64,000 nucleotides of DNA from Lama glama (taxonomy: Eukaryota), in the NCBI GenBank assembly GCA_028534125.1, contig CM052816.1, positions 71,302,001 through 71,366,000 of the forward strand, written 5' to 3'. Below, in pieces: positions 1-11,164 of this stretch (position 1 is the first letter of the stretch; the number at the start of each line of letters is the position of its first letter). The position numbers and the translations under genes were made by a program. The notes under the pieces were generated by a model, which did not search any database, had not been told where the DNA came from, and worked only from the letters and a program-made list of their open reading frames with translations.

Positions 1-184
1 GGGAAAGCAAAGGTCACGGAAAAAGATACCTGACATCCTGAAGAGGAGGAAACCAGAGGACGCTTCACCCAGTAAGTGACCCTTGAGTTTAGATTTGACT
101 CTCAAATTAGTAGATACTTTGGGGAGGATTTATTTATTCTTTCATATATTTAGTCATTATTCCAAGTAATTTTTACTTCTGGTT

Positions 185-830
185 CAGCATGTGTCAAGCA
201 CTGTGACAGGATCGGAGGCATCAAGGCTGCACATAAACAGGCAGAGTGTCCTATGATTAACGATTAGTGAGGGATAGGGATTGACGGATTTAAGGATTCC
301 CAAAGCATATACTGATAAAAACTGCAAGAAAATGTTAAACCATAGGAAAACGAAGGGCATGGTTTGGTGGTGGAGGAAGACTTCCTTGAGGAAGAGCATA
401 AGTTGTGATCTAAATGATGTTACATTAAAAGAACAAAAGGAGGGAAGAAATAGTTCCAGTAAAGAGAAAAAGATGGTGAAGACCTGAAATAGAAGAGGAT
501 ATTTAGCTGAAAGAAAGCCAGTATCAAGCACAGTGACCAGAAGGAACAGGACAAAACAAAAGCAGAAAGAGAGACTGGGCGTTCTGTCCACTCAGAATCC
601 TGTTGAGTGCTGCTCAAAGTCGGCATCAATTCTGATTCAGTGAGTGTGTGATGGGGCCCTGGAATGTGCATTTCCAATCAGACCTCAGGTGACGTGGACG
701 CCTACAGCACTTTTTACAGTAGCCCTGCTGTAAGCCTTCTTAAGCCTTTACAAATGGAAGCTATTAGAAGAATTTTAAACATGATTATATTTGTGGTTTA
801 AAAACATGACCCTGACGACAGTATGAAAGT
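185..830 (-). mobile_element. Decayed L2 LINE 3' fragment, interrupted by a MER5-type element
   Basis: 370-540 (GGAAGACTTCCTTGAGGAAG...TTCCAGTAAAGAGAAAAAGATGGTGAAGACCTGAAA) resembles the antisense L2 3' region; similarity resumes at about 750-830. Confidence 0.55.
605..730. mobile_element. MER5A/B-like hAT-Charlie MITE fragment
   Basis: TCTGATTCAGTGAGTGTGTGATGGGGCCCTGGAATGTGCATTTCCAATCAGACCTCAGGTGA matches the typical MER5 core. Confidence 0.7.
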
Positions 831-1095
831 TTTCTCTTAAAGCAGAGAGAAATCAAGTGTTTCAAAAAAGATTATCCTATTTATTGAATTCAAATGAAGA
901 AACTCAGGTGAGTTTAAATAAAAGTGCTCTCTATGTGAATCAGAGGGTTGGGGATCCTTAGATCTTCAATGATGTAGAGGAGAGTTCTCATTTTTGCAAA
1001 AGCAATTGTGACAGTTTGAATTTTATAAAAGTGACCAAGTAAATACTGAATTATTTCTAGGGAAAAAATTTAGAATAAGCAATCATATTATTTTA

Positions 1096-1680
1096 TTTTA
1101 TTTTTTGAAGTATAGTTGATTTACAATGTTTCAGGTGTACAGCAAAGTGATTTAGTTGTACATATATAACATAGATTTTTTTTTAGATTGTTTTCCATTA
1201 TAGGCTATTATAAGATATTAAGTATAGTTCCCTGTGCTATACAGTAGCTCCTTGTTGTTTATCTATTTTATATGTAGTAGTGTGTATCTGTTAATCCAAA
1301 ATTCCCAATTTCTCTCTCCCCCTTTCCCCTTTGGTAACCATGTTTGTTTTCTATGTCTGTGAGTCTGTTTCTGGTTTTTAAATAAGTTCATTTGTATAAT
1401 TTGTTTTAGATTCCACATATAAGTGATATCATATTATATTTTTTTTTCTCTGTCTGACTTGCTTCACTAGTATGATAATCTCTAGGTCCATCCATGTGCT
1501 ACAAATGGCATTGTTTCATTCTGTTTTATGGCTGAGTAATATTCTATTGTATATATATCTTTATCCATTCATCTTTAGGGACATCTAGGTTGCTTTCATG
1601 TCTTGGCTACTGTAAATAGTACTGCTGTAAACATTGGGGTGCATGTATCTTTTTGAATTAGAATTTTTGTCTTTTTAATT
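1096..1680 (-). mobile_element. 5'-truncated L1 3' end (cetartiodactyl type)
   Basis: T-rich tail followed by GAAGTATAGTTGATTTACAATGTT...CAGCAAAGTGAT, GATTCCACATATAAGTGATATCAT and GTCTTGGCTACTGTAAATAGT. Possible low-complexity TSD TATTATTTTA at 1086-1095 and 1681-1690. Same family as the copies at 22989 and 24515. Confidence 0.9.
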
Positions 1681-1799
1681 TATTATTTTAATTAAGTACA
1701 AATATACATATATGAACAATTTAAAAATTAAAGGTATCAAATTTATCTGTATGATGAAATATTGTTAGAGGAAAGGAATGCCTGAGAATATTTCCAAGA

Positions 1800-2930
1800 T
1801 TGCTCTCATTTTCTGATATAAAGAATGGTTAATATTCTTAACATACAAAGAGCTTTGACAAATGAACAAGAATACAAAGAAGAAAACCATGGGGTGATGA
1901 GCAAAAGATTTGAATGGAAGTAGAAAAAAAAAGGCAAATATCTATTAAGTTCATAAACAGCTATTTGATATAACTAATAAGAAAACAGAGATATTGACTA
2001 ATTATACTTTATTCCATTTAATCAGACTGTGATGATTAAAATTATTGATAATAACTAGTACTGTGGATAGTGTGAGGAAATAGTTACTCTTCTGCACACT
2101 TCATGGCATTCTAGTGCGATGTCCTTTGGGTACTGGCATAGTATCTGTTAGACAGTATACACCAAAATTGTAAATGTGCACATTGCTTGATCTAGCAATT
2201 CTACTCTAGAATATTGTGTTACAGACACATTTACTGCAGTATATAAAGAATTATCCTCAAGTTAGTTTATTATTACTTCATTTATAATAGCAAAAAAAGT
2301 GAAAGTATAAAAGCCCATTGATAGTAAATTGGTTAAATAAATACGGCGTATCTTTTTAATACTCTGCAGCTTAGAAATGATAAACACTATATATGCTGAC
2401 AATAAATAATAATAATAGCTAACATTACTGAGCACATATAATAAGTTAGAAATTTTAAAGCTATCTTAGTATAATTATTAATGTTGTATAGATAAGGCAC
2501 AGAGAAGTTGAGTAATTACCCCAAATCACAAGGCAAGTTCTCAATTCCAACTCAAGCTCTTAGTTTATTCTATACTAACCAAAATATGGTAAAGTTCTGT
2601 AATACAGTGTATAGATTACACTTATAAATATATATGTATATGCATATATATTTAACTCATATACATATACATACATAGCTATATATACATATGCATAGAT
2701 ACATTCATACACATATATATGAGATTTTAATTCTGTTTAAAATACGTAAGAATATATATTTTTATATTTACATAAAATCTCTGAGAGGGTAAATAGTAAA
2801 TAAATATCTTTTAAATGTTTATCTCAGCAAAGTATGTTTGGAGGTTAAAAGACCCTCACTTCTTATTTTCTGCAGCTTTGTAATTTCTTTATTATCTTTT
2901 ATTACAACAGTATTGCTTCTATGTTTAAAA
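1800..2930 (+). mobile_element. Old L1ME-like 3' region, split by a MIR
   Basis: A-rich decayed L1 3' motifs: TACAAAGAGCTTTGACAAATGAACAAGAA, TTGATCTAGCAATTCTACTCTAGAA, TTTATAATAGCAAAAAA, ATTGGTTAAATAAAT. Confidence 0.65.
2400..2580 (-). mobile_element. MIR SINE
   Basis: AATAATAGCTAACATTACTGAGCAC...AAGGCACAGAGAAGTTGAGTAATTACCCCAAATCACA is the antisense MIR core and tail. Confidence 0.75.
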
Positions 2931-3489
2931 AGCAAACCTAGATAAAAAGTAAAAGAAGTTTTTATATCTGTTGAAGTTACATATCAAATGGAAATCAGAA
3001 AACCCTTATAGGAAGTAACATTTTATTTTTCTTTAAAACAATTTTTAAAAATTCTGCATCTTTGTAGGTAAGAGAATCAAGACATAGTTGATCTGTTTTG
3101 GTTGTCATGGTGATATGTATTGACTGCCATTGTTGAGGTATATTTGCAGAAGTCTGTACCGATTGTTGAGTTGTTAGGATGAACTGTAAGGACAGTCAGA
3201 GGGTCATTCATACTATCTGCCTGGACCCGGCCACACTATCTCACATCATGGCAACAGGAGGGAATTTTTATTGCTTTCCACCCAATTAAATTATTAGAGC
3301 TAATTTTCCAATTGATGAATGACACAAAGTTAAGATTATATTTACTCAATTAGATGTTACCTAGAAGGTAAACTACCACAGAACAAACAAGATTATGAAG
3401 TTTAGAGAACAGTCACTGAGTTTTGACTTACAGTCTTCAGTTCTCTTTCTTTAAAGTCATATTTCTGAGAGCTTTAGGTGGGAAACAAC

Positions 3490-3720
3490 CTCATATTTAT
3501 TGACTAACTATATGTCATATGTTTTATCTATATTAAATAATTTGATTCTTTACAACAAATCTATATGGTAGAAATTATTCCACATACATCCTCCATTCCA
3601 ACTCATCATCTCCTGGGAATGTTCAAAGATTAAATAACTTCTCCAAGGCTATACAAGAATAGGAGATGGTGGTGGTGTTTAAGCAAAGATCTATTTGGCT
3701 GCCTACTAAAACTTTATTAT
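3490..3720 (-). mobile_element. MIR SINE (degenerate)
   Basis: CATATTTATTGA...ATTCTTTACAACAAATCTAT...AGATTAAATAACTTCTCCAAGGCTATACA. Confidence 0.6.
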
Positions 3721-6700
3721 ATATGTTTCCCTATTAATTTAGTATTACCCTGATTTTCACATAATTCCATATAATTTGCTTTACTTAAAATATGACTTCT
3801 GGTTCAAAAATATACTAAGGCATTTACTCTTCATAATTTAATGAGATAATTCATGTGAAAGTTTCTAATTAATAGTACTCAAGGACCAAATTAACTTTTT
3901 TGGATAATTTTTGAGGGTAACATATTTTAGTGTCTGATTTTTAATTTTACTATTAAACAATATTTCTCTTGCCATAATTTTCCTTTAAAATCATATGAAA
4001 TAATTATATATGATCAGAGCTAATGGGTTATCTTATTTTGCTCCAGTTGTAAAATCTAGAATCCCCTACAATGAGTAATATTCAGTTCTACTTTAAAATG
4101 TGACTTTTATAATGACAACGTGTATATGCTTTGGTTTTGCATTCTAACTATAAACATAAAATTCCTTTTTGGAAAAATGGAACCTACTTATAAGTGTTTT
4201 ACAGTATGATATTAGTGTAGAAGTTTAAATTTCAGAGCCTATTATTTATAACTAAAAGTTACTTTTAAAATTATATCTTCAATTTTATTGTTTGAATAGG
4301 TATTTTAAATGGTGAATCAATCCATATAATTTTAATGTTTTTAAAGCATTTAATAAGTTAATCATTTTAATACTTTGTTTTCTAGATTGAGGTGTAAACA
4401 AATGTTGGATAATGAAGATATTTTTATTTGACCAAATGTGCTATTTGAGTTCAGGGTAGCCTTTTAGTGTTAGTGGTGACTACATCTGTTTGTACAAACA
4501 GCATCTCTGAGGAATGAAGTTCTTTGTTCTGGTGAAGAGTAGGCCTGCTTACTGGCAAAGCCAGTACCTTCCTGCCCTATTATTGACCTCGACTTTGACC
4601 TGGCTGGACCACCCTCACAGGAATGGAGGGTAATAAAGTCCTCTGGCAGACTCAAGCCTGAGTTTAAGCTAAGCAGATATAATCAATCACCTAAAATTAA
4701 GTGTTGTGGTTTTGTGATGTGGACATTTACTGGGGACAGAGCTGAGATCACCAAACACCATTCATTTAAGTTTTCAGGGTTGTCTCAGTGTAGGATCAAG
4801 GGTATTTTAACTCGTACTTCAGGAACTATTTAACAGATTCAGAGTACAGAGATATGATCTTACAGGCAAAAAAAAAAAAGAAAAAGAAAAAGAAAAAAGA
4901 ATGAATTGACTAAATGTAAACAAGGAGTTGAAAACAACTAAAATTCCTTCAGGAAATATTACTTTTCTAAATTTATCTCAAATTTTGATTGGACTAATTT
5001 CATTAACGACTCACATTTCTCAGTTGATAAACTTTATGTCTTTGCTGGCCAAAATATCTTGCTTCTTAAAATCAATTTTGGAATATTAGACAAACTATCA
5101 TACCGTGTTTAGATCTACTTTTCAGGATGTTATTCCAAAAGTCTTGTTCCTTCTCCTCCTACTCACCTTTCCCAAGATATTTTAGTGCTTCTACAGCTCA
5201 AGATGCTCTTGGACTGTTTTAAATGACCCTGTCTCCTAAATTCCAATCCCACTTTGACCTTTTCCTTTTTAACTCTACCCCTGAAATCCACACAATATTT
5301 AACAGGAAAAAAAAGAAAAAGAAGAAGAAGAGGAAGAACTCCTCTAACCAGGCAAAACAAAGTTGCATGTAGCACTCTAATCCATCCAGCGAGAAGCAGG
5401 CTTGTTTCTTGTGTACAGAGGTTTGGAACATCCTGTTAGATGGTTGTCACCGATGAATGTATCTTCAGCCTTGGAGAATAGAACTGAAACAACTTCAGCC
5501 TGTTTCTCTCTGATGGAAGTTCCACATGCTTCACTAGCAAACCATTTAGCTGGAGACCATGTGTCAAGATTTTTTAGAGTCTGTTGTGTATACATAGTTA
5601 CTGGGATTGCATGTCCTTTGTCTTGTCTAAACTAGATAGTAAATCTTTAGAGATTGTGTCTTAGATGCTGTGTAACACTTCTTACAAAACCTATAGTAAA
5701 AGTCTATACTTAGCGTAGTCACCTGGTATATATCAATGAGATGATGAGTTTGTTTTGAACTATTACTCACAATGGACATTTTTATTCTTAAATAACGTCT
5801 GAGTTTTTACCTCCATGATTTGGAGGCACTTGAAAATCTCCCTGGCGTGGCAGACTTTTAAATCAAATACTATGCCATTTTGAAGAGAGTAAATAATTTC
5901 TTTATGCTGGTGGCAGAAAATCAGAAAGGATTTCTCTAAATAGCACTGTTGAAAGTTGTGTTCCTAGACAATAAAATCAGTAAAATCAGAGACTCAAACC
6001 AGCAAAAATAATTGGCTCTAGGTTACAAGTCTATCAGAATTTGTGAATCCAATTGCACACAGACTGGCCCATGAAGAATGCACCATTTCTTTGAGAGAAT
6101 GGGGAGCATGTCACTTCCCCAGCTTGGTGAACTTTATATAGTGCTTTCTGCGGGAGCCTGACCAAAACTGTCTCCGCCACCTGTTCACGAGTTCTCTGAA
6201 ATAAATATGGCTATAAACAACCTCTCTGAAGCCCTGAAACTTGCCTTCACATGTCACCCCAAAGTATCCAACTTGGGTGTGCCAGTCCATTGTGCTATGG
6301 CTGGAAGCGAGATCTCTTGCCTCAAATAATCTGCCACCTCCACGTGTATAATTTTATTTGCAAACTCTCAATCCCCAAGAGAATTTAGGTTGTAGGTAAA
6401 TGAAACAAAGAAAGGGAGAGAGAGAGAGTTTACTCATATAGAGATTGCTAATTGGTTTATACTTTCTAAGTTTATTGTACTTAAAATAAGGAGGTTATCT
6501 ATTTGATTAGAAAAAAATTCTCAAAGTATGCATTGATTTATACTTCACATTCACCAGTAAATCTATTTTACATTATATTTTTATCATGTATGTAACCTTG
6601 TTCTTACTTATTTTTAAATAATATTTGAACTTTAAAATATATTTCATGATACAGTTTTTAGAAGTGAAAGAGCTGAATAAAACCAGAAGATTCTAACTGG

Positions 6701-7789
6701 TTTGGGGTGTGTCACTTTCAGCCTCACGAGTTTTATTTTAAAAATATTTTAATTTCAAAAATCCTTTCAAAGCTCCTCATTTCTGTGGTTCAGATGAAAT
6801 TCGTGAAATAGGAGCATAGTGGTGAAACACAAAGTAGCCTTTAGTCATTTCAATTCAGCTTGGGGCTGCTTTTTTTATGTCCTGATGTTAATTTCTCCTT
6901 GATTTATATGAATTAGTCTGAACAAACCTTGAAAAGTATGTGATCCCTTCTGGTAAATGCCAACCTGTGTAGTGATGAAATAAATACACACATTAAATAC
7001 GATGTTTCTTCCACATGCTGCCTCTATTTAGGGCCCTTTTTTTTTTCCACTTAGTTTTTTTTTTTTTAATGTTTAAATAGTATGTGTTGCTTTCAAGAGC
7101 ACACTCAGTGAAATCAGTGTCATTTCTGGAGAGCAGCATAATATAAACTTTCTTTGACCTGCTTAACTGGAAATAACTTTTATTATAGTCACTCAGCAGT
7201 TCCATTTATACACATACACACACATGTATACATACATCCCACACATAACTTCCATGATCTGAAAGTCACTCATATGCAGCTAAGGAATAAACAATTCTAC
7301 TTTCTAAATATGAATACTGAAATACTATTTAATCTAGAATAAAAAAAGACAAGGAGACTCACTGGGTTGAGGAGTCAGATATTAAGTTTAATGTTTCTAA
7401 AGCAGATGGACTTTGCACATCAGGGGAGGAAACTACACAGCAAGGGGATTCAAAGATTGGAGGCAGAGGATGCTGTCCTGGCCTTGGCTGAAGGCAGGTA
7501 CAAAGGGAGACTGAGAAACAAAGAGAACACAGGCCATACAGGGCTGGGAGACATTGATAACTTGGCTAGAGTTTGGAGACCTCCTGGGTACCTCAGGCAT
7601 TTAGGTGAGACCACAGAAAAACCATGCCCTAATGGTAAGACCTATGTTTTCAAGTAAGGGTCAAGATCTAGGCTAAAGTGGGGAAAATAAAATAAAACTA
7701 ACAAAGAATAAACCAATGAATGAATGAAACTCCACACTTTTTAAGGGAAGATAACATAATCAAATACATATTTGATCAAATATACTATT

Positions 7790-10480
7790 TAATCCATTTT
7801 GTCACCTATACAGCAAAAGATTTCTAGACATTAGAAAATAAGAAAACTGACCATATCAAGAAAAAAAAAGAGTAGCCAATTTAAACAGAACTCCAATGTG
7901 ACTCATGTATTCAAGAGTTAAAGGGAAAAAAACATAATGAGGATATTAAGTTAAGGAATCTTGACAGAGAAATGGCAAAAAAAATCTATAACTGAAAAAT
8001 ACCATAACTTACATGAAAAGTTCACTGGATAGCTTTAACAATGAATCATCCATAAGAAAAATTCAGTGAACTTCAAGATAGACCAAAAATAGATTAATAA
8101 AAGCAGAATGCTGAAAGATTGAACAGTATCAACAGAGGCTTAGGACTAATATATGCTATTAGTGGTTGTGACATATGTAAGTTGTATATAGTCTGAGTAT
8201 TATTTAAGTCCAAGAAGAAAAAAGAGAATGATGCAGAAAACAATATTTGAATAAACAATTGCTGTAATATCTCAACTCATAGATCTAAGAAGCTGAGCAA
8301 ATGTAAAGCAATATAAGTAAAAAGAAAACCCTACCTAGCCATGTCATAGTCAGACTGATTAAAGCCAAAATAAAGGTATCTTAAAGGTAGCTATGGGAAA
8401 AGTATACGTTATATACTTGAAACCCACAACTTAAATGACAGCTGACTTCTCATCTGAAGCAATGAAGACCCCAAAACAATGCTGCAATTTCTTTGAAATG
8501 TTTTGTAGAAAACTGATGAACGAATATACAAATTAATAAACCATTAAGTCAGAATTAGAGATCAAGCAAGAACATCCTTTGAAATGTGGGATCTATTCGG
8601 ATAAACATCTATGGGAATCTGTCAACAGCAAGCTTGGGACAGTAAAAACTGCCGAAGTCAATAGGTTGAAGAGAAAAGATACCAGATAAAAATTAGAGTC
8701 AACATGAAGGAATACAGAGCACTGGAAAGGTCAACATGGCAGTGAATACAAAACTAAATGTTGCCCTTCCTTAATTTCCTTAAAAGGAAACTGAATGCTT
8801 AAGGCAAATAATAATAACACTGTGTTATGAGATTTATAATCTATCTAGAGTTAACATATATGATGACAGAGGCACAATGGATGGGAGAATAAATGGAAGC
8901 CGTTTTAAATAAGTTAAGTCCTAATTATACTTGACAGGTTGTGTTAAGGACTTGTAGGGTAGTCTCTTAATCACTACAAAATTACAAAAAATTTTTTTAA
9001 AAGCCATGAAAGGAGGAAGAAAATAAAAAGAGCAAGAGGAAAAATAAAACAAATAACAAGCTGGAAACTTATGTCCAATTAATTAAAGACAAGTAGTTAA
9101 ATATTATCATTAAAAGCACAGATTGTCAAACTGAGTAGGAAAGCAAAACCCAAGTCAATGCTATTCGCAGGTGATACAGTTTAAATGTAGACATAGGTTG
9201 AAAGTAAAAATATTAAAATTTAGAAGATATCACATGTAAGCAGAGAGCTAGTACAGCCACATTAATATCAGATAAAGTAGATGGCAAGAGACTAGGAAAT
9301 ACTAGAGACAAGGAGGAGTATTTCTTAATTAAAAAGGCCATTTATTCTATAAGACATAATAATCATAAATGCATTTGTACCTAATGATTAAAGTTTCAGA
9401 CAATGGACCATAGGCTGAAGGAACTAAAGGAAGAAATGAATTCGTGATCATAGACATTTTCACATCCTTGCCTTAGTAGTTGATAGAACCTTTTTTAAAC
9501 AAAAAATTAAGGATATAGGAAATTAGAACAACATTATCAATCAACCTAACACAACTACTCTCTAAAATACTACACCCCTAAATACAGTACACAATTTCTT
9601 TTCAAGTACAAGTGTAATTGCTAAAAGCAGTGGCATACCATTAAAGAAGTTGCAATAAATTGTGACAGTATATATCTTTTTCAATTCACCTATATGTGAA
9701 ATTCACATATATATATATATATATCTAAAAGGAAGACTAATATCTAGAATACTTTAAAAATTCAAATCAATAATAAAATGACAACTCAATAAAAATGGAT
9801 CGAAGACTAAACCAAATGTCAGTAAACTGAGGCCCGCAGGCCAAAAGTGATATGAGACCTGTTTTTGTATGACTCACAAACTAAGAATATGTTTTACATT
9901 TTTGAAAATATATTCAACATATTAGACTCCAGATAGATGAAAACTCAAACTACAGTAAGATAGTATGCAGCAACTAAGTGGCTAAAATTTAAAAATTAAA
10001 CCAGACTGGCAACACTAAAGGTTGTTAAGTATGTGGAACTGAAAATCGTGTGCACTGCTTGTGGTCGTATAAAATGGTACCTTGGAAAACATCTTTATCA
10101 GTTTCTTAGAGGGGTTAGCACACTTAATGGCCCAGCAATTCCACTTTTGTTTGCTTACCAAAGAAATACAAAAACACACATCAACAGAAAGATTTGTACA
10201 AAAATATTTATGGTGACTGAAAAAAGACAAACTCCACAAAATGCATCCTGTTTGATTTTATTTATACAGATTTCAAGAACAGGCAAAACTAATGATGGAG
10301 ACTGAAATCAGAACAGTATTCTGTGGAGGGAGACACTGAGGACATTTCAGTGTGATGTAAATTTTCTACATACAGATTCAGGTGTTGGTTAACCAAAAGT
10401 ATGCATTGCTGAGAACTGAGTAGTATATTAAGATCTATGCACTTTACTTTTCCAAATTTTACTTCATTTAAGAAAATTGT
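7790..10480 (+). mobile_element. Old L1M (L1MC/MD-like) relic with ORF1, inter-ORF and ORF2-endonuclease remnants plus 3' end; no intact frame
   Basis: Long A-rich tract with L1 landmarks: CAGCTGACTTCTCATCTGAAGCAATGAAG (ORF1), AGATTGTCAAACTGAGT...ATATTAATATCAGATAAAGTAGA-like and ATAAATGCATTTGTACCTAAT (EN domain), CCCAGCAATTCCACTT and AACAGGCAAAACTAAT (3' end). Confidence 0.8.
9815..9910. mobile_element. MER58-like hAT MITE fragment inside the L1
   Basis: TCAGTAAACTGAGGCCCGCAGGCCAAA...CCTGTTTTTGTATGACTCACAAACTAAGAATATGTTTTACATTTTT resembles the MER58B start. Confidence 0.65.
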
Positions 10481-10521
10481 TGGAATAAGATGGTTGAGGT
10501 GTATAGGAAAATACAGTATAT

Positions 10522-10664
10522 ATTTTTAACATTTTTTATTGATTTATAATCATTTTACAATGTTGTGTCAAATTCCAGTGCTCAGCACAATTTTTCAGTC
10601 ACACATGGACATATACACACTCATTGTCACATTTTTTTCTCTGTGAGCTACCATAACATTTTGT
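10522..10664 (-). mobile_element. Younger L1 3' end running into an assembly gap
   Basis: TTTTTAACATTTTTTATTGATTTATAATCATTTTACAATGTTGTGTCAAATTCCAGTG is an L1-like 3' UTR distinct from the other three L1 ends in the window. Confidence 0.7.
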
Positions 10665-11164
10665 NNNNNNNNNNNNNNNNNNNNNNNNNNNNNNNNNNNN
10701 NNNNNNNNNNNNNNNNNNNNNNNNNNNNNNNNNNNNNNNNNNNNNNNNNNNNNNNNNNNNNNNNNNNNNNNNNNNNNNNNNNNNNNNNNNNNNNNNNNNN
10801 NNNNNNNNNNNNNNNNNNNNNNNNNNNNNNNNNNNNNNNNNNNNNNNNNNNNNNNNNNNNNNNNNNNNNNNNNNNNNNNNNNNNNNNNNNNNNNNNNNNN
10901 NNNNNNNNNNNNNNNNNNNNNNNNNNNNNNNNNNNNNNNNNNNNNNNNNNNNNNNNNNNNNNNNNNNNNNNNNNNNNNNNNNNNNNNNNNNNNNNNNNNN
11001 NNNNNNNNNNNNNNNNNNNNNNNNNNNNNNNNNNNNNNNNNNNNNNNNNNNNNNNNNNNNNNNNNNNNNNNNNNNNNNNNNNNNNNNNNNNNNNNNNNNN
11101 NNNNNNNNNNNNNNNNNNNNNNNNNNNNNNNNNNNNNNNNNNNNNNNNNNNNNNNNNNNNNNNN
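10665..11164. other. Assembly gap (500 N)
   Basis: Exactly 500 N. Confidence 1.
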
